Positions 23,768-34,615 of a DNA stretch of 64,000 nt are shown one piece after another; the stretch's first letter is position 1; each line of letters begins with the position of its first letter. Made by a program: the position numbers and the translations under genes. The stretch covers positions 864,001-928,000 of the forward strand of contig CM000155.2 in NCBI GenBank assembly GCA_000004695.1, written 5' to 3'. This stretch comes from Dictyostelium discoideum (lineage: Eukaryota). A model generated the notes under the pieces. The model was not told the origin of the DNA. It was given only the letters and a program-made list of their open reading frames with translations, and did not search any database.

Positions 23768-23963
23768 AATAATTACATATTTATTTAACTACTACTTATT
23801 GTGTTGATTTATTCATATTTGTTTATTTAATTGGACATTCTTTTAACATAGATTCAGGAAAAGAAAAAAAGAGAAAAACAAATAAAAAAAGAAAAAAAAA
23901 TTGTTTTATTATTTTTAATTTTCTAATTTTACAGTATATTATTTTGAAGTACTTGGAATATTA

Positions 23964-23994
<31 letters not shown>

Positions 23995-24192
23995 CTAAAC
24001 TGGTATATCCTTGGGAAAAAGAAAAATTACTTTATGTTGGTTTTCCAAATTTTCTCTCTGATATTAATCTCTCAATTATTTAAAAGCAAACATTTTGATT
24101 CTTTAATTTCAATTCAGTATTAATTTCATATATTTAATGTACTGAATAATTTATACTCTTTTGTTATTTATTATATTTTTAAAAATTTTGTG

Positions 24193-24414
24193 TTACAATT
24201 TGTTTTTTTTTTTTTTTTTACATACTTTAATTAGGTAAAAAATACTAATTAGAAATAAAATTATTGTTATTGCAAAAATAAAAATATATCCTTGTAATTT
24301 ATAGAGGTGGTTTACTTCATCAATAATATTTTTATATTCATTATTTGAGAAATATTTTTCCAATTGTTTTGGTAATTCATTTGGGTATTTTAAAAAAATG
24401 CCATTATTAATCAT
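24193..24414 (-). CDS. Hypothetical 73-aa tail-anchored small protein with a single C-terminal TM segment.
   Basis: Real ATG. Hydrophilic N-terminus followed by 'IFIFAITIILFLISIFYLI' and a lysine tail. There is no homology call. It could instead be the terminal exon of a larger gene. Confidence 0.3.
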   Translation of the reverse strand: MINNGIFLKYPNELPKQLEKYFSNNEYKNIIDEVNHLYKLQGYIFIFAITIILFLISIFYLIKVCKKKKKNKL

Positions 24415-24445
24415 TTCAACTTCTACTTCTTCATTTTAATTAATA

Positions 24446-24487
<42 letters not shown>

Positions 24488-24969
24488 TTGTAAATAAAAT
24501 TAATAAATGAATAATAATTATAATAACAGGAAAAAAAAATTAATTAAAATGATTTTAAAAAAATAAAAAAAAAATAATAAAAAATAAAAATAAAAATAAA
24601 AATAAAAAAATGAAAAAAATAGATATTTTTAGTTTACATTGAACCACAATTATCTTCTGAAATTAAAATTTTTAGTACAATATAATTAACACACTTTTAT
24701 TTTACTAAAATTAAAAGATTAAACATTAATATTTTCTGTATTTGGTTGTTGTTCTTGTTCTTCTTCTTGTTCTACTTTTTGAATTTTTCTTTGTTTTTTA
24801 ATATTTCTTGCTTCAATAAAAATTGATAAAATAAAATCAATGACAATTAAGATATATTAAAAATAAAAAAGGAAAAAAATAAAAATAAAAATAAAAAAAA
24901 ATAAATTAATGTTTTAACAAATTCTGAATTTAGTAATATCATTCCTTAATATTATTTTTATATAATATC

Positions 24970-25020
<51 letters not shown>

Positions 25021-25476
25021 CACACGAACCCCTGGGAAAAGATTTAATAAAAAATTTGGAAAAAACGGGGGTGGGCCAAAAAAAAAAATTTTTTTTTTTA
25101 AAAAATTTTTTTTATTTTTTATTTTTTATTTTTAACTTTTTTTTTTTATTTTTTTTTTTTATTTTATTTTATTTTTGGAATAAAAAAAAAAAAAATTAAA
25201 TTAAATTAAGAAATCAATAAAAAAGAAAAAAAATAACCAGAAAACAGAAAAAAAAAAAAAAAAAAAATTCAGTACTGGATATATTTTTTGATCATTAATT
25301 ATTCATAGTTATTTTTGTTTAGGTTAAATTAAACTAATTTTTTTTTATTTTTTTTATTTTTTTTATTTTTTTTTTTTTTGAAAATGTGTTCGTTTTTTCT
25401 TTTTTATTATTTCTGGTTGATATCCTGGTAAAAATTGTGTGAAAAAAAAAATAAAAATAAAAAAATAAAAAAAATG

Positions 25477-25509
<33 letters not shown>

Positions 25510-25795
25510 AAAGTTTTAAATTTTTTAATTTTTTTTTTTTTTTTTTTATTTCAAAAAACTATTTAAAAAAAAATAGAGAATATAGTTATATATATAACAC
25601 ACAAAAAAATTCATATCACATTATTGTTTTTCATTAATTTATAAACAATAATATATATATAATAAACACTCTATCATTTAATTTTAATAAAAAAAAAAAA
25701 AAATTATAATATTGTATCAATATAAACACCTTTTTTTATATATAAAATAAAAAACAGCTTTTTTTTTTTTTTTTAGTGGGATTATATAAAGAGAA

Positions 25796-28606
25796 ATGAG
25801 CTTTTTAAGACCATCCATTTGGAGATCTTCTCCAATGCAAATGGTTCAATTGTTCGTTCAAATTGAAGCAGCTCATGACACTGTCGATGAGTTGGGTAAA
25901 TTAGGACTTATTCAATTTTTAGATGTAAGTAAAAAAAAAAAAAAAAAATTTTAAATATATGTTCAATATGGATAAAAAAAAAAAAAAAAAAAAAAATACA
26001 TATACAATTATAGTAGTAAGGGAAAAAAAAAAAAAAAAAAAGATTTATATACATTAAAAAAATAGTTTAAAAATAACTTTAGATATTTTTTTTTTTTTTT
26101 TCATTATTTTCTTTTCTGCATACCCAAAAAAAAATAAAAAAATAAATAAACCGCACACACCCACACAAACTCACCCCACATAATTTTTTATATTTCTTTT
26201 TTTTTCTTTTTTAAAAAAAAAAAAAAATTCTAATTGTGTATATATATATATATATTTTTTTTTTTTTAAAAAAAAAAATAGGATAATGAACATGTTAATT
26301 TATTCCAAAGAAATTTCGTAAATGAAGTTAAACGTTGTGATGATATGGAAAAGAAATTAAAATTCTTTGAAGATCAAGTTAAAAAGGAACCAAAATTACA
26401 AAAACTTTTACCAGATAATATGTTATCAGTTGTTGATGATGATTCACAAATGGATGAATTGGAAGGTCGTTTCGATGAATTAGAATCTGAATTAAAACAA
26501 GTTAATGCCAATCAAGAGACACTCCAAAGAAATTACAATGAATTAATTCAATTACGTCATGTATTGACCAAGGATTCAGTATTCTTCCAAGAGAATCCAA
26601 ATTTGATCGAAGGTGAAGGTCATGAACATAGCGCACGTAGTCCATTGCTTGCAGAGGATCAACACGTTTCAGAAGTTGCCAAACAAGGTGTTAAATTAGG
26701 TTTCATCACTGGTGTTATGAATACAGACAAGATGCCACAATTCCAACGTTCACTTTGGAGAACCACCCGTGGTAACAATTATGTCAAGGATGCACGTATC
26801 GAAGAGGAAATCATTGATCCACAAACTGGCGAGGAAACTGCCAAGACTGTATTCATTGTTTTCTTCCAAGGTGAGAGATTACAACAAAAAATTAAAAAGA
26901 TTTGTGAATCATTTGGTGCCAACATCTACGATTGTCCAGATAATTCATTCGAACGTTCAAATCTTTTACAAAAAGTTACTGTTCGTATCACTGATCTCTA
27001 TGAAGTTTTACAACGTTCAAAGGATCACAAGAGACAAACTTTAGCAGGTATCGTACCAAGACTTTACTCATGGAAGAAGAAGGTTTTACTCGAGAAATCA
27101 ATCTATCACACTATGAATCTTTTCGATTATGATGTTGGTAGAAAATGTTTAATCGCCAAAGGTTGGACACCAAAAGATAAGATCGAAGAGATTCAATTGG
27201 CTCTTCGTACAGCTACCACCCGTAGTGGTGCTTTGGTACCATCAGTTTTATCAATCATAAAGACTGAAGGTTCACCACCAACTCATTTCGAAACTAATAA
27301 ATACACAAGTTCATTCCAAGAGATTGTCAATGCCTATGGTATTGCACATTATCGTGAGGTTAATCCAGCCGTTTTAACCATCGTTACTTTCCCATTCCTT
27401 TTCGGTGTTATGTTTGGTGATGTTGGTCATGGTGCTCTCCTCTTACTCAGTGCCCTCGGTTTAATCTCTTTGGAAAAGAAATTGGCCGGTAAGAAATTGA
27501 ATGAATTAATTCAAATGCCTTTCGATGGTCGTTATGTACTCTTCCTTATGTCTCTCTTCTCCATTTATGTTGGTTTCATTTACAATGAATGTTTCTCAAT
27601 TCCAATGAATATTTTCGGTTCTCAATATAACCTTAATTCAACCACCGGTCTTTACACTTATCAACATACCGATCGTGTTTATCCAGTTGGTGTCGATCCA
27701 CTCTGGAAAGGTGCTCCAAATGAATTGGTCTACTATAACAGTTTCAAAATGAAGTTATCCATTATCTTTGGTGTCGTTCAAATGAGTGTTGGTATTTGTT
27801 TCTCATTGTTGAATTACTTAAATCAAAAAGGTCCAATCAAGATTGTAAACATTCTCACTCAATTCGTTCCACAAATGATTTTCCTTTGGTCTATCTTTGG
27901 TTATATGTCTGTCTTGATCATCTTAAAATGGGTCGTTCCATATCGTTCATTTGAGGTTGACAAAGTTGATCCACCATTCATTCTTCCAACCATTATCGCT
28001 ATGTTCTTGTCACCAGGTGGTACACCAGATGTTGTCTTCTTCTCTGGTCAAGGTGCTGTTCAAACCGCTCTCTTATTCTTGGCTCTCATTTCCATTCCAG
28101 TTATGTTGGTCATTAAACCATTGTTCATGAAGAGATTCCACTTCCAAGAAGTCGAAAGAAAGAAATTAGGTCACCACGAAGAGGAACATGATGATGAAGC
28201 TCTCTACACTGGTCATCACGGTGAAGAATTTGAAATGGGTGAAGTCTTTGTTCATCAAGTCATTCATACCATCGAGTTTGTTTTGGGTGCTGTTTCAAAT
28301 ACTGCCTCTTATCTTCGTTTATGGGCTCTTTCATTGGCTCACTCTGAGTTATCTTCTGTATTTTGGGAACGTATTCTCATTGGTCAAGTCGAACGTGGTA
28401 ATCCATTCTTGGCTTTCGTTGGTTTTGGTGCTTGGTTAGGTGCCTCTGTTGCTGTACTTTTACTTATGGAATCCCTTTCTGCTTTCTTGCACGCTCTTAG
28501 ACTTCATTGGGTAGAATTCCAAAATAAATTCTATATTGGTGATGGTGTTAGATTCATTCCATACAGTGCCACTCGTATTCTTTCTGGTTCTGAAGATGAT
28601 GAATAA
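25796..28606 (+). CDS. vatM: Vacuolar H+-ATPase V0 sector subunit a (100/116-kDa subunit). Exons 25796-25924 and 26282-28606, about 817 aa.
   Basis: Exon 1 'MSFLRPSIWRSSPMQMVQLFVQIEAAHDTVDELGKLGLIQFLD' followed by a GTAAGT donor. Exon 2 begins 'DNEHVNLFQRNFVNEVKRCDDMEKKLKF...', which is the canonical subunit-a N-terminus. The protein has multiple C-terminal TM helices ending '...LRLHWVEFQNKFY.GDG..F.P'. Confidence 0.93.
26148..26178. promoter_or_regulatory. C-rich / CACCC box 'CCGCACACACCCACACAAACTCACCCCACA' inside intron 1 of vatM. It is a possible intronic enhancer or G-box on the opposite strand.
   Basis: It is the only GC-rich segment in the 357-bp intron, which is otherwise almost pure A/T. 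Confidence 0.25.
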
Positions 28607-28620
28607 ATCATTTAACTAAC

Positions 28621-28651
<31 letters not shown>

Positions 28652-28710
28652 AATAAAATAAAATAAAATAAAACTTAAAAGGTGTTTTTAATAAGAAATC
28701 TCATTTTATT

Positions 28711-28897
28711 TTTTTTTTTATTTTTTTTTTTTTTTTTTGGATTATTAATGCCATTATGTTTCTATATTTGAAGGGTCTTTAAAATGGTTCGGATCTTTTG
28801 AAAGAGTTAATTTTAAATCTTTTGCTTTTTTAATATATTCTGGAATAGCGTTTGAAGTTGGCAAAAGTTTGGAAGGTTGTTTCCGATGTCTGTAAGA
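28711..28897 (-). mobile_element. Old, diverged 3'-terminal fragment of an element-2-like retrotransposon (ORF2 tail remnant plus poly(A)), lying immediately 3' of the inverted element-1 copy.
   Basis: The minus-strand ORF 28754-28936 encodes '...EYIKKAKDLKLTLSKDPNHFKDPSNIET'. Element 2 has 'EYIKKAKDLKNLSAKDHNNFKDPKILL' at the same position. A T-run at 28711-28738 is the poly(A) on the minus strand. Confidence 0.6.
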
Positions 28898-29018
28898 TTT
28901 TTTTTTTTGATATAAATAAACTATTGTAGTATACAATTAGTATGTTATTTTTATTTATTTATTTTAGGTTTTTTAGTTTTTGTGAATTTAAAATAGTATG
29001 TTATTTTAGATTAGGTAA

Positions 29019-32000
29019 TTAATAATTAATTGGTGGTGTAATTGTTGGAATTGGTTCATTTGTGTTTATGCTCCATTCTTTTTTAAATTTTTTGATGGTT
29101 TCGGACCATTGGGTTTCTTTTTGAGTTTTTGTGAGGTTGTTTTTAATTGAGTATTGGTTAAAGTTTGATAAAGTTCTTGAATATTCCAATCTTATTAGCT
29201 TGTGCCATTTTGATTTTAATATGTCATAATCTAGTGTTGTGTTGTTTATTTGGTTGTTCCAATTATCAATTGATTGAGTTATATTGATGTCAAATAATGA
29301 TTTGCATAACCATATCCATATTTGGTGAATAACTAATGAGATTATGTTCCAATATGCATGTGTTCTGACTAGATCAAGATTTGTGTTTATATAATTCCAG
29401 TTGAACCTGTATTTTTTATATTGTGCGTTTTCTGCAAAATGAAAATTAATATTGATAGTTGGATCTGGTTTAAATGCTTTGTTGTTTGTTTGTGGTTTAT
29501 AGATGAGTGTGTATAATTTTGTTGTTTGGTTTTTTGTTAGTGACCAGTTTTTGTTTCCATTGCAATTTTTATATATAAAATATTTTAATTTGTCGTGGTT
29601 AATGAAGTTGATTGTGTGCTGACAATTGAAAAACAAATGACCATAGGGATCATTATTCATTTCATTGTTGCAAATGGGGCAAACTTTGTTGTGTAGATGA
29701 TTAATCGGAAGACATCTAGCATGGAATCTTTGCATTGTATCACGGCCTTTTGGATCTTTTAATTTTTGAATTTTGACAAAAAGTTGGTCGTATGTGTATT
29801 TCCATAATAGTTGTATTGATTGTTGGTGCGAAGTAAGAAGTAGATCTGAATATTTCTTGCCAATATAGTCTTTTGATTTACATTGGTGATTGTTGAGTAT
29901 TGTCGAGTAGATTTCTTTGAGTGTTGGTGGTAGTGAAATATTATTTGTGTTTAATGTTTGAGAGGTTTGATTTTTTATTAATATTGGTTGTAGGATTTGA
30001 ACTTTATCTTTTAGATGTCCAATTTGAGTTGCATAGTTTTCCCATTCTTTTTTGATTTTTATAAGGTATGGAGAAGAGATTGATTTGTTGATGATTTGAT
30101 CCATCCAACTTATCATGTATATTGAATTGTTTGCAGATTTATGCATTTGTAAAAATCTGTTGTATATCCAAATCTTTTGAGCAACTTGTCGTAATTGTAT
30201 ATTCCACATACCCCAACCACCTTCTTTTAATGGTTTTAATGATCTATCATAACACATCAAAGGTATTTTTGCACGTGAATGGATGGTTGATGTGTTGTTT
30301 TCAATGGAATTGGTATTAGGAGTTGGTGATTCAGAATTTGCGGGAGAATTCATAAACCATGAGATTAATTTATTAATTTGAAATTCTTCATCTTTTGTAA
30401 ATTCTTCAAGGTATGATAAATATGTTATTGGTGATAGTGAGTAGGTGTTTATGATGGTTGTTTTTGTTTTTAATGTTGTGCCACTAGTTTTCCATAGTAC
30501 TAATGATTTATTCAATGTTTTCATTGTTTCTGGTAATTTCCTATGTAAACCATTATGATTAAAGAAATAGCCAAGAACTCTTTCTGATTGATCTTTTTTG
30601 GTTATTGGTATTCTTTTTGATTGTGGAATATTGTTTATTATGTGTTTATCAGTGATTTTGTGGGGGTTGATTTCTATTATTGCACTTTTGTCAAAATTTA
30701 ATGATGATGATGTTGAAGCGCAGAAATTATCGAAATGTTTGATTGATTGTTGTTGTTGTTCGTAGTTGATGTTGTATGTTGTAGAGTCGTCTGCAAATTG
30801 GGTAAATTTGATTTTAATTTGTGGATTGGGTGAAATTGGTAAACCAATTATTGAATTGTCTGCATTTATTGTTCTTGCTAATATTTCAATTACAATTACA
30901 AATAAAGTGGCTGAGATTGGGTCACCTTGTTTTACACCTCTTTTAATTTCGAATTTTCTGGTTGTTTTACCATTAATTGAAATTTTTGCTTGTGAGTCAG
31001 ATAATAGCTTGTGGATTAAATTTATTAATTTTATTGGTATACCAATATGAATTAATGTTCTTTTAATACTATCGTGAGAGATAGAATCAAATGCTTTAAA
31101 GAAGTCAAATAGTGTGATGATACCAGGGAGGTTTTTAGATTTGAGGTAGTTGATTAATTCATTGATGTTGATGATGTTGTCTATGATGAATCTGTGGGGT
31201 ACGAAACCAGTTTGGTTGTTGTTGATGATGAAAGGAAGTATTCTCAGAAGACGTGCATTGATTACTTTTGAGAGGATCTTGTAATCAGTGTTTAGAAGTG
31301 TAATGGGACGACGATTTGATATGAGTAACGGGTTGCCTTTCTTGTATATTGTGTGTATAAGACCTTCGGTGAATTCTGTTGTGATGTGGTGAGGATTTTC
31401 TAGTATATCGTTGAATAATGTAGTGAGAATTGGTTTAACTTGGTTTAAATGATTAATGTAGAATGCATTTGTAACGCCATCTGGACCGGGTGATTTGTTG
31501 GGGTTACAGGTTTTAATTGCAGCTTCAACTTCATCTTGTATAAATGGTGAGTCTAAACCATTCCAATATTCATTTTTTATGATGGGCCATGTGTTTAGCA
31601 TGAGCTGGTGAGTTATTGGACAACATATTTGTAAGCTATATAGATTTGTGTAGAATTCAACAAACGCATTTTCAATTTGGTCGGGGTCGGATGTAATGAT
31701 GTTACCATATTGGATTGATTCAATTTTTGCATCTTTTGATCTTTTGTTTAGTATTGCTGATAGATACTTGCTAGGTATTTCTCCATTTATATGTTTTTTT
31801 AATATGTTTGTGTGGTTTTGATGTAATTTGTTTTTGTTACATATAATATTGTATTCAGCGATGCATTGTTCTTCAAGATGTTTGAATTTTGCCGCTTTTT
31901 CTAAAAGTATTTGTTTTGCACGTTGAGTTTGTTTGTCTTTGTTATATTGATAGTTTTTTAGAGTTTTAATAATTTTTGATTTTACTTTTGACCAGTTTGT

Positions 32001-32846
32001 AAATTGATTGATTGATGTGTTATTGTGATTAGTTATTAAATGATTGATAATATTGATTGCTTCATGGTCATTTGCAGTACCAGGTGATAATATCCATCTT
32101 TTCTTATGTTTATTTATTTGAAAAGGTGAAGAAATTGTTGTTGATATTGGATTATGATCTGATAATGAAGATGGAATTTGGTGGACTTGAGTATATATAT
32201 TTTCAGGGTCTATTCTATTGTATTGAGTATATATTCTATCTAATATGTTACCATGTGTATGAGTTGGAGTGTTTTTAAATTCACCTTGATCAATTAGATG
32301 GTGTTGGTATGTGTAGGATTGGATAATATCATCTAATAGTGAATTGTCGTTGTGGATACAGTTGAAATCTCCTGCGATAATAGATACATGTTGGGATTGG
32401 TTTGGTATTGGGTTTGTTGAGTGGTTGTGGAGAAGTGTTTGTAGTGAAGTTGCATATGAATTCTTTTTGATGGTATTATTTGATGCTGGTGCGTAAATTC
32501 CAAGAATACCAATTGGTAATTGATTTGGAAATATAACGTCTGCTAAAATAGCTCTACCATCAATTGTTGATATGTGTTTGAGTTTGAGTGTGTTTGGGTT
32601 ATGGTTAATGATGATTACACCATTTCCTCGTTTGGTGACAGAGATGATGTGATCGGGAAAATCATGTTTAAGTTGTAATGGTGATGAATTGAGTTCAGTG
32701 AGTATTGAGATTGTTGGACGAGGTGGAAGTTTTGATATAAGTAGTTGTAGTGTGTCAACAGCTTTTTGGTAGGAATTGTGTTGATTGTTTGGGTTTTCAG
32801 TGAATCCTCTACAATTCCAAGTTATAAAGTTGATTTTTGAGCTCAT
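29019..32846 (-). CDS. Element-1 ORF2 polyprotein (APE-RT-Cys/His, 1275 aa), intact.
   Basis: About 99.4% identical in amino acids to the 2031-5858 product. All catalytic motifs are present. Confidence 0.92.
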   Translation of the reverse strand: MSSKINFITWNCRGFTENPNNQHNSYQKAVDTLQLLISKLPPRPTISILTELNSSPLQLKHDFPDHIISVTKRGNGVIIINHNPNTLKLKHISTIDGRAILADVIFPNQLPIGILGIYAPASNNTIKKNSYATSLQTLLHNHSTNPIPNQSQHVSIIAGDFNCIHNDNSLLDDIIQSYTYQHHLIDQGEFKNTPTHTHGNILDRIYTQYNRIDPENIYTQVHQIPSSLSDHNPISTTISSPFQINKHKKRWILSPGTANDHEAINIINHLITNHNNTSINQFTNWSKVKSKIIKTLKNYQYNKDKQTQRAKQILLEKAAKFKHLEEQCIAEYNIICNKNKLHQNHTNILKKHINGEIPSKYLSAILNKRSKDAKIESIQYGNIITSDPDQIENAFVEFYTNLYSLQICCPITHQLMLNTWPIIKNEYWNGLDSPFIQDEVEAAIKTCNPNKSPGPDGVTNAFYINHLNQVKPILTTLFNDILENPHHITTEFTEGLIHTIYKKGNPLLISNRRPITLLNTDYKILSKVINARLLRILPFIINNNQTGFVPHRFIIDNIININELINYLKSKNLPGIITLFDFFKAFDSISHDSIKRTLIHIGIPIKLINLIHKLLSDSQAKISINGKTTRKFEIKRGVKQGDPISATLFVIVIEILARTINADNSIIGLPISPNPQIKIKFTQFADDSTTYNINYEQQQQSIKHFDNFCASTSSSLNFDKSAIIEINPHKITDKHIINNIPQSKRIPITKKDQSERVLGYFFNHNGLHRKLPETMKTLNKSLVLWKTSGTTLKTKTTIINTYSLSPITYLSYLEEFTKDEEFQINKLISWFMNSPANSESPTPNTNSIENNTSTIHSRAKIPLMCYDRSLKPLKEGGWGMWNIQLRQVAQKIWIYNRFLQMHKSANNSIYMISWMDQIINKSISSPYLIKIKKEWENYATQIGHLKDKVQILQPILIKNQTSQTLNTNNISLPPTLKEIYSTILNNHQCKSKDYIGKKYSDLLLTSHQQSIQLLWKYTYDQLFVKIQKLKDPKGRDTMQRFHARCLPINHLHNKVCPICNNEMNNDPYGHLFFNCQHTINFINHDKLKYFIYKNCNGNKNWSLTKNQTTKLYTLIYKPQTNNKAFKPDPTININFHFAENAQYKKYRFNWNYINTNLDLVRTHAYWNIISLVIHQIWIWLCKSLFDINITQSIDNWNNQINNTTLDYDILKSKWHKLIRLEYSRTLSNFNQYSIKNNLTKTQKETQWSETIKKFKKEWSINTNEPIPTITPPINY

Positions 32847-34051
32847 ACCTTACTAGGTTTGGCAGCACCAGTATTGACTGGTTGTGTAGTCAGGGCATTG
32901 CTGCTTCTTCTTGTATTTATTGGATTTGGAGTTGGTGCACTTGGTTTGTTTGGTTGAGATTGTAGAGGTTTTTGTGGTACAATTGTTGGATCGGTTGGAT
33001 TGCTCATTGATAATGAGTTTTTCCCGTTATTATTATTTGAAGAATCACTTTTGTGTGAAATTTCATTATTGTTTTGGGATTGATTGTTAATATCAAGTGA
33101 TTCATTTAGTATAGCTTTTGAACCACTATTTTGAAGTGAGTTATTATTGCGATTGGAATTTGCAATTTCGTTGATTGGTGGGGTTTTAATGTTGTTTTTT
33201 GGTGGTTGATTGTTTTTGTTCATGTTTGGGTTTGTGATGGCATTTTTTATAGTTGTTGCCATATCTGCATTTTTTGCATGTTGAATTTTGTGTTTAGTGA
33301 CACTACGTGTTGCAGCTTTGATATATCTTGTGATACCAGATGGTTGTTCGATCTTTTGATCAACAATGTTGTGTGTGTGATCAATTAGCTGATATGTTAT
33401 AATGTAGCTTTTAAACGCAACAGCATATGAGTATGTGACAGTAAATGATTCAATTGATGTACAACTGGTGAATTTAGTGAGGTTGTTTGTAATTGCATCG
33501 TTTGCATGTTTGGGTGAGTACGTTTTAATGAATGTTTTAATGATTGCATAATCATTTGATGATATATCGAATCTATAGTTGAGTTTGTCGATATTTAGTG
33601 CAAGTTGGTTTTGAAGGTTGATTATTGAAGTTAATTTATCAACGTTGCAATTTACGAAGGCAGTTGCACCAATTATTTTGAATGCTGATGGCGACAGTAT
33701 ATCTTCGAAGAGTTTGTGAATGTTTTTGTGAATTTGTTGAATTCTTGTGTCATCTTTTGAGGTTAATTCTTCACGGATGTGTGGTTGATTAAAGTAACAC
33801 TTAATGTTGATGGTGTTATTGTTTTTTTCTAAGAAAGAGAGTGGTCTTGTGATTGATGGAGGTGCAATGATATCTAATTGATTATCAAGTCCTTTGTTTA
33901 GTGAGAGTTGGTTTGTTGGGGTTTGTTTTTTAGGTGTGTCGATTTTTGCACTTTTGTTTTTTGTTGTTGAGGTTGTGGAGGTATTATTTGTATTGGTTGT
34001 GTTGTTATCTGTATGATTTAACTGTAATTCAGTTGAGTGATCATCAGCCAT
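32843..34051 (-). CDS. Element-1 ORF1 protein (402 aa), intact.
   Basis: Continuous ORF. It matches the frameshifted fragments of the plus-strand copy (825-2037). Confidence 0.88.
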   Translation of the reverse strand: MADDHSTELQLNHTDNNTTNTNNTSTTSTTKNKSAKIDTPKKQTPTNQLSLNKGLDNQLDIIAPPSITRPLSFLEKNNNTINIKCYFNQPHIREELTSKDDTRIQQIHKNIHKLFEDILSPSAFKIIGATAFVNCNVDKLTSIINLQNQLALNIDKLNYRFDISSNDYAIIKTFIKTYSPKHANDAITNNLTKFTSCTSIESFTVTYSYAVAFKSYIITYQLIDHTHNIVDQKIEQPSGITRYIKAATRSVTKHKIQHAKNADMATTIKNAITNPNMNKNNQPPKNNIKTPPINEIANSNRNNNSLQNSGSKAILNESLDINNQSQNNNEISHKSDSSNNNNGKNSLSMSNPTDPTIVPQKPLQSQPNKPSAPTPNPINTRRSSNALTTQPVNTGAAKPSKV

Positions 34052-34265
34052 TGTTGAAAAGTATATAGGACGATAGCCCTTGCTTTATTGAGCAAAAAAG
34101 GGTAAAATTAAGAGGAATGAATGTGGCGGTGAAGATATAACAGTGATTTATTTATTATATGTATAAATTCTCGTTTATTTCTTTGTTTTTTCGGTTTTTT
34201 TTTTTTTTTTTTTTTACCTGTGATCAGACCTTCCTTGCCTTCATTTAGAAGGTTTTAAAAATTTT

Positions 34266-34339
34266 TGCCTCAGGCCGGGATCGAACCAGCGACCTTAAGA
34301 TCTTCAGTCTCACGCTCGTACCAACTGAGCTACTAAGGC
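34266..34339 (-). tRNA. tRNA-Phe (anticodon GAA), 74 nt, without an intron.
   Basis: The reverse complement reads GCCTTAGTAGCTCAGTTGGTACGAGCGTGAGACTGAAGATCTTAAGGTCGCTGGTTCGATCCCGGCCTGAGGCA. The acceptor stem has 7 bp (one G-U pair). A-box TAGCTCAGTTGG, anticodon loop CTGAAGA, B-box GGTTCGATCC. A TTTTT terminator lies 6 nt downstream on the coding strand. Confidence 0.9.
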
Positions 34340-34615
34340 TTGATGAAATTTATATTTTTTATACAAGGTGACCTTTTTTATAACTTTATTTAATAATTTG
34401 AATTAGTGAATATTGTTTTATTGGTTTTAAATTTAATGTTAAAAAAAAAAGGTTATTTATTAATATATTTAATTGAATAAAGGAAAGAGTTTTTCAAAAG
34501 AAAAATGTAGGAAATTAAAAAAAAAGATTGGAAATTAAAAAAAAAAAAAAAAAAAAAATTAAAAAAAAAATTTTATTTTACATTCAAACACACAAACATA
34601 CACACATACACCGAA

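Larger units (their letters stand above)
28898..34185 (-). mobile_element. Full-length 'element 1' TRE-type non-LTR retrotransposon in inverted orientation. Both ORFs are intact, making it a potentially autonomous copy. Its 5' end lies 75 bp downstream of a tRNA-Phe gene on the same strand, a TRE3-like geometry.
   Basis: ORF1 32843-34051 (402 aa) and ORF2 29019-32846 (1275 aa), overlapping through ATGA. The 3' UTR ends in a short A11 tail (T-run 28898-28908 on the plus strand). The 5' end 'CAAAGAAATAAACGAG' maps to 34170-34185. It is preceded by CCGAAAAAA, an A20 run and GGTCTGATCACAGGT, which may be extra 5' nucleotides or a remnant of an older insertion. Confidence 0.9.

Noticed and set aside
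24719-24853. Minus-strand 45-codon open frame ending at 24721 ('YILIVIDFILSIFIEARNIKKQRKIQKVEQEEEQEQQPNTENINV*'). It has a TM-like segment and a charged tail, and is a possible 3' exon.
   Set aside because: No acceptor site or upstream exon could be identified in the flanking poly(A/T) sequence. It is too short and isolated to call.
34186-34265. The A20 tract between the tRNA-Phe gene and the 5' end of the inverted element 1, considered either as the tRNA Pol III terminator or as the poly(A) of a further nested element
   Set aside because: On the tRNA coding (minus) strand it reads as A20, not as a T-run, so it is not the terminator. The real terminator is the TTTTT 6 nt after the tRNA. No element body precedes it, so a nested insertion cannot be demonstrated. 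It is left as unexplained junction sequence.
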